Part shown: positions 1 to 7,976 of the stretch, in pieces
Layout of the letters: every line of letters starts with the position of its first letter
Position numbering within the stretch: position 1 is the first letter of the stretch
Notes under the pieces: generated by a model
Databases searched by the model: none
What the model saw: only the letters and a program-made list of their open reading frames with translations
What the model was told of the DNA's origin: nothing
Position numbers and translations under genes: made by a program
IMG/VR virus record: IMGVR_UViG_3300032225_001090
Coordinates: 1 to 42,769 of that record
Origin: a virus
Taxonomy: Duplodnaviria > Caudoviricetes
Direction: 5' to 3' (one strand)
DNA length: 42,769 nucleotides

Positions 1-148
1 ACTGTATTCCGAATGGTGTAAAGTGTCTTATCATTTTTGATTCACATTCTTTGCATAAATAACCTGGATCATCTTCAGATATAGATCTAGTTATAGAAAG
101 TGTTGCATGTAAATCATCTTCTACACACTTATACTCGTACACTGGCAT
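1..148 (-). CDS. FmdB-family zinc-ribbon protein (runs off left edge)
   Basis: Not in ORF track; manual translation from ATG at 148: MPVYEYKCVEDDLH...YLCKECESKMIRHFTPFGIQ; MPxYEYxC is the FmdB/CxxC_CxxC_SSSS start motif. Confidence 0.8.
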   Translation of the reverse strand, partial: MPVYEYKCVEDDLHATLSITRSISEDDPGYLCKECESKMIRHFTPFGIQ

Positions 149-555
149 TATTTGCCGCTCTTTTTTCTTGCTTTAGCTAAAGCATCAAAGTCTTTAACTT
201 TAGTTTCTCCTAAATATCCCCATGCATAACCATCTTTAATCATTTTTTCATTCAAAGATACTATCGAGCCATCTAAAAATACCCATCCTAAAATTCTTCC
301 ATACTTTTCAGATGAATCCATTTTTTCTGTTTTAATAACGACAGACTTAGCAGATTCAATTTCATGCTTTAAATAAGCCTTTGCTTCAAGACCAAGAAAT
401 TTCTCCATCTTATCCGTTGTTCTGCTTTCTGGAGTATCTATTCCAGCAAGTCTTACTCTGGAACTAAATGAGATATCAAATCCTAAATCTATGTCTACAT
501 CGATTGTATCTCCGTCCACAATCTTTGTAACTTTTTTAACATAATATTCAAACAT
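148..555 (-). CDS. Thermonuclease (SNase-like) family nuclease
   Basis: VDGDT, RVRLAGIDTPE and KYGRILG motifs; AAGGAG RBS. Confidence 0.9.
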   Translation of the reverse strand: MFEYYVKKVTKIVDGDTIDVDIDLGFDISFSSRVRLAGIDTPESRTTDKMEKFLGLEAKAYLKHEIESAKSVVIKTEKMDSSEKYGRILGWVFLDGSIVSLNEKMIKDGYAWGYLGETKVKDFDALAKARKKSGK

Positions 556-559
556 GATT

Positions 560-600
560 CTCCTTTAATAAAGGAGCAGTTTTAGGACTTGCTCAGGTCT
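560..600 (-). promoter_or_regulatory. Candidate RNA switch: pseudoknot/hairpin competing with an RBS-sequestering hairpin
   Basis: Minus strand GAC-CT-GAGCA-A-GTC-CTAAAAC-TGCTC overlaps CTCCTTT-ATT-AAAGGAG, a 7-bp stem over the nuclease Shine-Dalgarno. Confidence 0.45.
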
Positions 601-608
601 CTGATTGT

Positions 609-1052
609 TTACTTAATTTTGATTGTTTTTGGCTTTTTCTCTTCTGGAACTTCACGCTTTACAATAACGTAAAGCATTCCATCATTTAAATCAGCTTTAT
701 CAACATACATATATTCACTTAGTGCAAATGTGCGAGTAAACTTCCTACCAGCAATTCCTTTATGAAGATATGTTTCTGCATCTTCTGGACGCTCACCTTT
801 AATGGTAAGTGTTCCTTCGTGCTCTGTTACTTCTAATGATTCCCTATTATAACCTGCCACCGCAAGTTCTACTACAAATGTATCTTCATCAATTTTACGA
901 ACATTGTATGGAGGGAATCCACTTGTATTTGAATGTGCATGAGATAGTCTATCTGCTAAACTATCAAATCCAATAAAAAATGGATCATTAAACATAGAAT
1001 TCCATGCTGAATTAAATGTATTAGGTACTGCTGTATATGTTATATTTGTCAT
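609..1052 (-). CDS. hsp20: Small heat shock protein (Hsp20/IbpA-like)
   Basis: FPPYNV, ELAVAG, YLHKGIAGRKFTRTF, ADLNDGML and PEEKKPKTIKI alpha-crystallin motifs. Confidence 0.97.
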   Translation of the reverse strand: MTNITYTAVPNTFNSAWNSMFNDPFFIGFDSLADRLSHAHSNTSGFPPYNVRKIDEDTFVVELAVAGYNRESLEVTEHEGTLTIKGERPEDAETYLHKGIAGRKFTRTFALSEYMYVDKADLNDGMLYVIVKREVPEEKKPKTIKIK

Positions 1053-1059
1053 TTGTTTG

Positions 1060-1113
1060 CTCCTTTTAAGCGAGTTGAATTAGTAATACGGGCCCCGTTA
1101 GGCAACCCGTATT
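1060..1113 (-). promoter_or_regulatory. hsp20 5' leader with ROSE-like thermometer hairpin
   Basis: CUCGCU-UAAA-AGGAG pairs a UCGCU motif against the SD with a bulged G; upstream GC-rich hairpin AATACGGG...CCCGTATT (1085-1113). Confidence 0.6.
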
Positions 1114-1115
1114 CT

Positions 1116-1124
1116 ATTATATCA
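1116..1124 (-). promoter_or_regulatory. Extended -10 promoter for hsp20
   Basis: Minus strand TGATATAAT. Confidence 0.6.
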
Positions 1125-1132
1125 AATATTTT

Positions 1133-1657
1133 TTAAACTGTCTTGAATTCTGGACGACCAAATCCAACAATTGATACGGCCTGAGATTTACGTAATTTAG
1201 ATCCATTCTTCTTTTTATAAGCACGAACCTTTAAGCAACATTCTCCACCGTTACGCTGATCTCCCTTTTTATCTGAAGCAGTATTTCCCTCTACGGTTGT
1301 TACTGTTCCATCCCCATTGTCTTTTACAACAATTCCAACATGTGAAATTCTATCCACACCGTCGTTTGGAAAGTCAAAATAGACTATATCTCCAGGTTGT
1401 GGGGTTGCTTTTTCTGCATATTGCCAGGCTTTATTATCAATAAAAGCTTTTGCTCCTCCTGGAGTATAAACAGTATTAGGAATTTTAACTCCAGCCTGTA
1501 TTGCACACCAATTTACAAAACTTCCGCACCATGGTGCAAAGTTTGCTTTCATGGTCTTACCATACTTTGTTTCATTTTCTTTTGGACCTTCAATGGTTCC
1601 AACTTCTGCTAATGCTATTTCTACTAATTTTTCTGCGGTACCTTTTGCTGCTGCCAC
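1133..1657 (-). CDS. CHAP-domain peptidoglycan hydrolase (endolysin)
   Basis: PWCGSFV (catalytic Cys), PGDIVYF, SHVGIV (His), VEGNT; GTG start with GGAG RBS. Confidence 0.9.
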   Translation of the reverse strand: MAAAKGTAEKLVEIALAEVGTIEGPKENETKYGKTMKANFAPWCGSFVNWCAIQAGVKIPNTVYTPGGAKAFIDNKAWQYAEKATPQPGDIVYFDFPNDGVDRISHVGIVVKDNGDGTVTTVEGNTASDKKGDQRNGGECCLKVRAYKKKNGSKLRKSQAVSIVGFGRPEFKTV

Positions 1658-1667
1658 TTATTTTCTC

Positions 1668-2111
1668 CTAATTGACTGTTGTTTTAGCAGTTGATGTTAA
1701 CTGCCAATTCCAAAATTGATGTTGATCTATTCTTTCTGCAATAAAATTAGCTAAACCCTGTTGATCTGCTTCAGTAGCTAATTTAAATCCAATATTTAAA
1801 TCATTTAAAATAATTAAATTTGAATCTATTAAATTCCTAACCATTTCTAGTGGGGAATTTGTTGTTAAATCATACTTAACATTAGACATTAATAATATTT
1901 CATCTATTTGAAATGGAGCATACTGCCCTAATTTTCTAGACCATTCTGCGTAAGTATCAATTGACTCAAATACATCTTCATAAATTTCTAGAAAGAACGC
2001 ATGAAGTTCTTTAAATAAAACTCCTTCTACATTCCAGTGATAACCGTGTGCTTTTGTATAAAATACAGACGCATTTGCCTGCATCATTTTTAAATGTGCT
2101 AATATATTCAT
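1668..2111 (-). CDS. dps: Dps / ferritin-like DNA protection protein
   Basis: KAHGYHWNVEG, LHAFF and DTYAE ferroxidase motifs; 147 aa. Confidence 0.92.
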   Translation of the reverse strand: MNILAHLKMMQANASVFYTKAHGYHWNVEGVLFKELHAFFLEIYEDVFESIDTYAEWSRKLGQYAPFQIDEILLMSNVKYDLTTNSPLEMVRNLIDSNLIILNDLNIGFKLATEADQQGLANFIAERIDQHQFWNWQLTSTAKTTVN

Positions 2112-2117
2112 ATTCTT

Positions 2118-2126
2118 ATTATACCA
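2118..2126 (-). promoter_or_regulatory. Extended -10 promoter giving a leaderless dps mRNA
   Basis: TGGTATAAT exactly 6 nt before the ATG at 2111; no SD. Confidence 0.65.
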
Positions 2127-2137
2127 TTTCTATTTTG

Positions 2138-2210
2138 TGCCCTCGGCAGGAGTCGAACCTGCGACCAAGACCTTAGAAGAGTCCTGCTCTATCCTCTGAG
2201 CTACGAAGGC
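2138..2210 (-). tRNA. tRNA-Arg(TCT)
   Basis: GCCTTCG acceptor, TAGCTCAG D arm, GGACT-CTTCTAA-GGTCT anticodon arm, GGTTCGACTCC T arm; CCA not encoded. Confidence 0.95.
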
Positions 2211-2241
2211 AAAACAAAGGCTATCCGAAGATAGCCTTTGT
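2211..2241 (-). terminator. 12-bp cUUCGg hairpin with short U tract (intrinsic terminator or 3' stabiliser)
   Basis: ACAAAGGCTATC-TTCG-GATAGCCTTTGT-TTT immediately 5' of tRNA-Arg. Confidence 0.8.
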
Positions 2242-2304
2242 AGTAACCATGATCATCCTAAGGTAGCGAAGCCCGAATGGTAAAGGGGGTTAGCCTTACT
2301 ATCT
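2211..2304 (-). ncRNA. Candidate small RNA antisense to 23S rRNA H69-H71 region
   Basis: TATAAT at 2311-2316, 3' hairpin at 2214-2241, no ORF; plus strand 2243-2280 reads GTAACCATGATCATCCTAAGGTAGCGAA-GCCCGAATGG, resembling 23S ~1910-1937 and ~1964-1973 (E. coli numbering, from memory). Confidence 0.7.
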
Positions 2305-2347
2305 TAGTATATTATAGTTTTATTAAAAATATGCTCTATTTAATTAT

Positions 2348-2644
2348 TTATATTTCATTTTGGTCAACAGTTATAATGCCAAGTTCTCTGGCAGTCTTTT
2401 TGCCATCTTCAGACAATTCAATTATTGCATTTAAATCATCGTCATATGTTACATTAACATAACCTTTATTATATAAATCTATTAATGATTCATCAATATG
2501 TTTTGTATGCGCTTCCCATAAATCTGGAGCAAGCAATTCTGCTTTATCTGTAACTCTAAAAATTAATTCGCCAAATTCATCAACGCCAACTACTTCTACG
2601 GCACCGATTTCCATATAATAATCTAATCCGCTATCTTCGTTCAT
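2348..2644 (-). CDS. Hypothetical acidic phage protein
   Basis: Track ORF 2348..2665; start moved to MNEDS (2644) because the longer start overlaps the tRNA. Confidence 0.75.
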   Translation of the reverse strand: MNEDSGLDYYMEIGAVEVVGVDEFGELIFRVTDKAELLAPDLWEAHTKHIDESLIDLYNKGYVNVTYDDDLNAIIELSEDGKKTARELGIITVDQNEI

Positions 2645-2657
2645 ATTAACCCTTCTG

Positions 2658-2731
2658 TGCAACAAGTAGGACTCGAACCTACGACGACCAAATTATGAGT
2701 TTGGGGCTCTAACCAACTGAGCTATTGTTGC
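2658..2731 (-). tRNA. tRNA with CAT anticodon (Ile2 or elongator Met)
   Basis: GCAACAA/TTGTTGC acceptor, CCAAA-CTCATAA-TTTGG anticodon arm, GGTTCGAGTCC T arm; lacks initiator features. Confidence 0.93.
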
Positions 2732-2742
2732 TCATTAATTAT

Positions 2743-2772
2743 ATTATAACGTGCCATCGTCGTTTTTGTCAA
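2743..2772 (-). promoter_or_regulatory. sigma70-type promoter upstream of tRNA(CAT)
   Basis: TTGACA (2767-2772)-N18-TATAAT (2743-2748). Confidence 0.6.
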
Positions 2773-2992
2773 TGGATTCTTCTACAATCTGTTGAACATA
2801 TTCAGAAAAATGTTTTCTAATACTACCAGATGGTCTATGTCCTGCAACTTTCCAAATTCTAGTATATTCAGCTATATTGGCAAATGTGGTTGGACAAACT
2901 GGTGTGCCATGATAATCTTTTAATACTGTAGGAAGCGGAACATGCTTTCCACAACATTTACATTCTTTAGCTTTTTCTTGATATATACTCAT
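2744..2992 (-). CDS. Small Cys-containing hypothetical protein
   Basis: CKCCGKH...VCPT; ATGA overlap with the terminase stop. Confidence 0.7.
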   Translation of the reverse strand: MSIYQEKAKECKCCGKHVPLPTVLKDYHGTPVCPTTFANIAEYTRIWKVAGHRPSGSIRKHFSEYVQQIVEESIDKNDDGTL

Positions 2993-4794
2993 ATTATTGT
3001 CATCCTATCCATAACGTCTTTTAAGTTTTCTGGTATTTTTGGTGCACGTACCATATTTTGTACGTATTCTTTTTCTCCATCAGGAGCTGTTCCAAAATCA
3101 TTATCATATGACATTGATTCATATGTATGTATATTTATTTCTTGATCATTATTAAATCGAGTTCTACTAATTGAATTAAAGATAGATCCACATACTGCAT
3201 CTGCAAGGTCTTTAGAACCCTTTCTTGGGTGATCAACTCTATCTCTCATAATTTTTAATTGAAGTAATTCATCTATAAGTAATGGTATATGTGGTCCATT
3301 TAATCTTTCTTCTAAAACAATCATAGCCATATCATCATAATGTTTTTTAGCAACAGAAAGAATTTCAGTATTAATACCATATTGCTTTAATTGCTGCATC
3401 ATATCATGAGAGTTCCATCTATCGAATGTACATACTCCAATATTGAATCCACGACTTTTTAATGAGATTATATAATCTTTTACCTCAGTAAAATCTACTG
3501 ATTTATCTGGTGTAGGAGTCCAATATCTAACTGCATCTACACTTACTATAGGTGCTGGCTGTGAATACTCATTAGTAATTTTTACATTTACCCACCTATC
3601 TACATGAGAAAGTGCTACAGCACAATGGTCGTGCTTTTGAGCCAAATCTACGTGAATATAGTATTTCTTATCTGGATCTGGCTTGAACCAATCTTCTAAT
3701 CTTCCAAATTGATCTACTGCTACATTGCCAATATTAAATGCCTTTTCAACTTTTTCTCGTGACTTAAAAAATGCATCAACAGCATCTGATGGCATACACG
3801 CAAATCTACCAAGTGCATCTACTGGATTTTTATAGAATGCTACCTTAAAATCATCTATCTTTCTTACTGGATTAATTTCCCATGTTGGTCTTTTAAGAGC
3901 AAACATCTTAGGATACTTATATGAAATGATATGATCTTCTTCCCATTCAACATCAAATTCATTCCCTTCCGTTCCATCTGGCAAATCTTCATCTAATTTA
4001 AAATGATGAGTTCTAACAATAACTTCTTTCTCCGCCACAACATCATCGTACCTTTGCTGAATATAATCATTTTTGTATCTAGGGAAAGAAAGCAAAATTA
4101 CTTTACCAAAGTCTGGAAAACGAGAATCTACTGATGCCCTATACATATCATATATTGCACTGCCAGTTTTTGCCTGCTCATGACCACTTGTATTTTCTGT
4201 AGCAAAACCTGAAATTTCATCGAGAATAATAACAATAACGTTATAACCTTCCCAAGCTTCTCTTTCAGAGTGACCAGAGTGTACTGTTATTGCCTTATCA
4301 AATTTAATCTCAGAGGCTTTTGGGTCATACCTGCCAACAAACCATGGAGACTTATCTATACGTGTCTTAAAACCCTTAAAGAAGACGTTATTAGCCTGCT
4401 GTGAGTTGATTGCAATGTTAATAATATCAATTGAATCTCCTGGAGGTTTTCCATAATAAGTAGCTGGATCTTTCAAGCACAATAGTAAATAAACTATATA
4501 GGCTACCGATATTGTGGAGCAATAATCTTTTCCAGATCCCTTACCTAATTGTGCAACAATTTCATTTGCAGTTTGTTTAAACATTCTTCTGCCTTCATCA
4601 TCGCCAAATAATTTGATGAGGGTTGATTCTTTATAAATTTGTGAGCTTTTTTCAATTAAAGTATACTGATATTCAGATAATGGAGGCAAGCCTAAATAAT
4701 CTGGGCTCTGAACAAATGTTCTAAGATCTACTGGCTTTTCTTCAAACTCTTCGCCATCCAATATGTCAATTAAATCATTAAAATCAAACGACAT
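2989..4794 (-). CDS. terL: Terminase large subunit
   Basis: Walker A LGKGSGKD, Walker B IILDE, RNase H-like HVDLA, TFDRW, KDLADA; likely start MSFDF at 4794. Confidence 0.93.
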   Translation of the reverse strand: MSFDFNDLIDILDGEEFEEKPVDLRTFVQSPDYLGLPPLSEYQYTLIEKSSQIYKESTLIKLFGDDEGRRMFKQTANEIVAQLGKGSGKDYCSTISVAYIVYLLLCLKDPATYYGKPPGDSIDIINIAINSQQANNVFFKGFKTRIDKSPWFVGRYDPKASEIKFDKAITVHSGHSEREAWEGYNVIVIILDEISGFATENTSGHEQAKTGSAIYDMYRASVDSRFPDFGKVILLSFPRYKNDYIQQRYDDVVAEKEVIVRTHHFKLDEDLPDGTEGNEFDVEWEEDHIISYKYPKMFALKRPTWEINPVRKIDDFKVAFYKNPVDALGRFACMPSDAVDAFFKSREKVEKAFNIGNVAVDQFGRLEDWFKPDPDKKYYIHVDLAQKHDHCAVALSHVDRWVNVKITNEYSQPAPIVSVDAVRYWTPTPDKSVDFTEVKDYIISLKSRGFNIGVCTFDRWNSHDMMQQLKQYGINTEILSVAKKHYDDMAMIVLEERLNGPHIPLLIDELLQLKIMRDRVDHPRKGSKDLADAVCGSIFNSISRTRFNNDQEINIHTYESMSYDNDFGTAPDGEKEYVQNMVRAPKIPENLKDVMDRMTII

Positions 4795-5320
4795 TGGCAT
4801 CCTCAATTACAACTGATTCAACTATACCAGTAATTTGTGAAAGCCTCTTAGCAACCTCCAGTTTACATTTTGGACATGTAGAAGTAACCTCTTTTAATAT
4901 CTTTACAAGCAGTTCTTGTTTGCGTTCTGTTTCTGCAATTTGAGAAGCAATCTCATTAGTTTCTAATACCCCAACAGACTGAAGCATAGAAATTCTTTTA
5001 GTTTCTATATCTGCAATTAACTTTAATGCTCCAGATTTAATTCCTAATTGACCAGATTGATCAGCATCTTCAACAGTTTTCCAAGCCTCTTTGATAAGCA
5101 TTGCGTAGTGTTGATCTGCACCAGAAATAGCTTCTTTAGCTCTATCTCTAATTGCATTATCATTATGAACTACCGATTTCCATTCATCAATAAAGGTAAC
5201 AACTTCTTTGCGGGAAAACCCTGTTATTGTAGCAATTTGGGTAGCACTATTCCCCTTAAGTAGTTCTTCAACTACTTTATTCATTCTATCAAAATGCTGT
5301 GTTAATTCTATTTCAGCCAT
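4784..5320 (-). CDS. Probable terminase small subunit (N-terminal HTH)
   Basis: SATQIATITGFSRKEV HTH plus helical body, directly upstream of terL. Confidence 0.65.
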   Translation of the reverse strand: MAEIELTQHFDRMNKVVEELLKGNSATQIATITGFSRKEVVTFIDEWKSVVHNDNAIRDRAKEAISGADQHYAMLIKEAWKTVEDADQSGQLGIKSGALKLIADIETKRISMLQSVGVLETNEIASQIAETERKQELLVKILKEVTSTCPKCKLEVAKRLSQITGIVESVVIEDANVV

Positions 5321-5326
5321 TGTTAT

Positions 5327-5355
5327 ATTATACTTTCTAGTCGACTAAAAGTCAA
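5327..5355 (-). promoter_or_regulatory. Leaderless sigma70 promoter of terminase operon with spacer palindrome
   Basis: TTGACT-N17-TATAAT-N6-ATG; palindrome TAGTCGACTA at 5338-5347. Confidence 0.7.
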
Positions 5356-5675
5356 TTAGAATTAGCTATTTTATATAGAACTAAATAACCAGTCATATCA
5401 TCAATATCATTATCTCCTGGAAACGAACCAGAATTTTTAATACGACTTAGCTTATCGTCAAGTCGCACCATTAATTGTTCTTTTGGATCCGCTTTGCTAA
5501 ATATTCTAACTGGATTTAAAGCTGAATTTCCATAAGAAACATTTTTATTAATAAGCATTTCTGCAATTTCAAGGCACTGATTTAAAATTACATTTCCTGA
5601 TGGTGCATCCAATGCAAGCATTTGTAAATCTGTAATCCAAGTTTGATATCCTTTATTCTTTACAATATTCATCAT
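5352..5675 (-). CDS. DUF1599 / nucleotide-modification-associated domain protein
   Basis: KNxxYGNS...RLDDKLSRI...DDMTGYLVL pattern. Confidence 0.7.
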   Translation of the reverse strand: MMNIVKNKGYQTWITDLQMLALDAPSGNVILNQCLEIAEMLINKNVSYGNSALNPVRIFSKADPKEQLMVRLDDKLSRIKNSGSFPGDNDIDDMTGYLVLYKIANSN

Positions 5676-5702
5676 TAAACCCCTTTTGTTTATTTAATCT
5701 GA

Positions 5703-6227
5703 TCACTTTTCCGCCTTATCAAACTTAGCCACAAAAACTCCAGTCTGTGGGAACTCTTTATATTCTACTATATAATTGAATTTTTGCAATACCCTTTCTG
5801 TAGACCAATCTTCTTCTACATGAACTTCATAAGGATTACCATTGATGGCATCTTGATGATAATGAATAATTGGTATTGATATAATTGCATACATTGCTTG
5901 CTTAGATACCTTATCCCATATCTTAAGCGCATCTTCTTCTGTCATATGCTCTAGAATGTCTCCAAAGATAACTAAATCGTAATTAAAATCTTCTACATTT
6001 CTTACATCGTCCTCAATAATTAAATCGTATCTTGATGTTAAATTAAACTGCTCTATGTATGGATGCCAAACTTCTACTCCAGCAACATACACTGCATCTC
6101 CAACATATTGTTTTACTATATCAAGATAAACACCTGCACCTGCTCCGCAATCCAGTACCGTACGTGGATCTATCTCCATTATCTTTTCAATTGTCCAAGG
6201 CTTGTTGGTTGGATCAGATGTCCCCAT
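5703..6227 (-). CDS. Class I SAM-dependent methyltransferase
   Basis: VLDCGAGAG, GVEVW, YDLVIFGDILEH. Confidence 0.9.
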   Translation of the reverse strand: MGTSDPTNKPWTIEKIMEIDPRTVLDCGAGAGVYLDIVKQYVGDAVYVAGVEVWHPYIEQFNLTSRYDLIIEDDVRNVEDFNYDLVIFGDILEHMTEEDALKIWDKVSKQAMYAIISIPIIHYHQDAINGNPYEVHVEEDWSTERVLQKFNYIVEYKEFPQTGVFVAKFDKAEK

Positions 6228-7008
6228 GTATTCCTACTCTCTGTTCTCTTTGTTGGAATGTTGATTCCAATGCATATAGTCCACAACCTTTTGTGGCTCT
6301 TGGTGATAATGTATATGAATTAAAATATTTATGTCTTTTATTAAATGCATACCAATCAATTGGTTGATCAATACCATCATGTAAAGCATTTTCAAGTATC
6401 TTCTTAGCTGAGTTTCTATTTACAACATAGCATAGCATGGACCAATCTTGATATGCTTTAACAACTTCTACTGAATCATCTCTATTATATTCAACTACTC
6501 CATCAAATAATTCATTTTGATTTTCTGCATCCAAAATACTATTGATTGAAATTCCAATATCAAATTCTTGAGTTGGCCTACTATAATATCTAGCATATTG
6601 ATTTGGATGAACATAGTAGCTAAAAATTTCCCAGTCTTCTGGGAGCATTTCCATATATTTTTTTAAAAGCATTAAAAACTCATCATTATCACGAGTAGTT
6701 ATATCATCTTCCATTAACATCAAGTACTCATAATCTGTATCTAAAAAATTCTTAAATGCTAATAAATTGCTTGCCCATATACCCATTTCACCCCATTTAA
6801 AATTAAACTTTGGGGTTAACTTAAAATGTTCTTCATTAAAATTATTATATTGTTCTAAATTACTAATTAAAATAGTATCTGTTTCTAATCTATCTATATG
6901 ATTGATTAAATAGCTATCTAGATGATGAAACAAATCGGAACGAGTCTGATGAGACTCTCCATATCCAGGAATATGGAATATCTTATAACACATTTTATCT
7001 AGGTTCAT
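6214..7008 (-). CDS. Glycosyltransferase, family 25-like
   Basis: GEMGIWASN, LMLMEDD, LPEDWE, CYVVNRNSAKK, PIDW. Confidence 0.85.
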   Translation of the reverse strand: MNLDKMCYKIFHIPGYGESHQTRSDLFHHLDSYLINHIDRLETDTILISNLEQYNNFNEEHFKLTPKFNFKWGEMGIWASNLLAFKNFLDTDYEYLMLMEDDITTRDNDEFLMLLKKYMEMLPEDWEIFSYYVHPNQYARYYSRPTQEFDIGISINSILDAENQNELFDGVVEYNRDDSVEVVKAYQDWSMLCYVVNRNSAKKILENALHDGIDQPIDWYAFNKRHKYFNSYTLSPRATKGCGLYALESTFQQREQRVGIHGDI

Positions 7009-7151
7009 CTTTTTTTAATCAATCCAAACTGATCTAAGTATCTCTGTATAGTCATTACAGAGACATCACATTCTTTAGCTATTTCGGTTATATTCTTTTT
7101 TTGAACTATATACCTTCTATATAACCAATCTTTGCTCTGATAAAATTTCAT
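7005..7151 (-). CDS. 48-aa helix-turn-helix protein
   Basis: Not in track; MKFYQSKDWLYRRYIVQKKNITEIAKECDVSVMTIQRYLDQFGLIKKR; ATGA overlaps at both ends. Confidence 0.85.
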   Translation of the reverse strand: MKFYQSKDWLYRRYIVQKKNITEIAKECDVSVMTIQRYLDQFGLIKKR

Positions 7152-7714
7152 CTTTCGGTCAATACCTTGTTAGAATAATGTGCAATTCCAAAAGCGTCTG
7201 CAACATCAAAATCATCTAAAGATAAATCATATTTAGAATTAAAGTAATCTACAGTGCGTTGTTTTCTCATGTTTCTTATTTTATTTTTATACCATGAATC
7301 AGCGTATCCTGGACTAGATAATCTAATAGCCGCCTTTTCTTCTTTTGTAGGATTTTTATTTCCTATATATGCCTGCCATGAAGTTGGAGAAATAGTAATT
7401 ACTTTAGCTCCCGTTGACATAAGTTCGGCTATAACCACACCATAAACATAAGAAAGTTTAATAACTGCATCTGGAGATCTAACTAAAATTGCTCCTTCTA
7501 CAACAATATAATCTGACTTTAATTCATCTAACATAATGTTCATTTTGCGTTTAGCATCATATATTTTTTCATATATATCTGATCCAACTATATTTACTTT
7601 CCCCCATTTTAATGGCTTATCATTTTCCATTAAACAGAAAGCAATTGAGTTAGTAGAAGCATCTATGCCAAGAACTCTGTGAGCTTTTGTTTTTACTAAT
7701 TCAGCTAATTTCAT
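7148..7714 (-). CDS. ruvC: RuvC-like Holliday junction resolvase
   Basis: VLGIDAS, IVVEG, PTSWQ, DVADAFGIA. Confidence 0.85.
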   Translation of the reverse strand: MKLAELVKTKAHRVLGIDASTNSIAFCLMENDKPLKWGKVNIVGSDIYEKIYDAKRKMNIMLDELKSDYIVVEGAILVRSPDAVIKLSYVYGVVIAELMSTGAKVITISPTSWQAYIGNKNPTKEEKAAIRLSSPGYADSWYKNKIRNMRKQRTVDYFNSKYDLSLDDFDVADAFGIAHYSNKVLTER

Positions 7715-7976
7715 CTAACATTCCTAATAATTTGCTGCGTGTTTTAATGCTCATATTTTTTTCACAACTAGAACAGAGGGCGTTTTGATTATACCGACTT
7801 AACTTAATGCCGCATTTACACACTCTGCTTGCTCCGTTTCTAATAGCTTTCTTTTCATAATACTTTTCCATGATTCTTTTGTTTGTTGCAACTCTGCAAC
7901 ATTCATCAGAACAATATTTTTGATTATGAGTTTTTGATTCAAAATCTTTATTGCATTCTTTATTTCCACATATCAT
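7701..7976 (-). CDS. Cys-rich zinc-finger protein
   Basis: CGNKEC, YCSDEC, CKC, CSSC. Confidence 0.75.
   Translation of the reverse strand: MICGNKECNKDFESKTHNQKYCSDECCRVATNKRIMEKYYEKKAIRNGASRVCKCGIKLSRYNQNALCSSCEKNMSIKTRSKLLGMLDEIS

Noticed and set aside
2243-2280. rRNA gene fragment, assembly chimera or attP in 23S rRNA
   Set aside because: Only 38 nt, discontinuous with substitutions, embedded between its own -10 and hairpin; no integrase in the window. Not fully excluded without reads and the rest of the genome
2284-2294. GGGGTTAGC as a third 23S match (helix 68 of E. coli)
   Set aside because: 9 nt, out of order, and in a lineage-variable rRNA region; chance cannot be excluded
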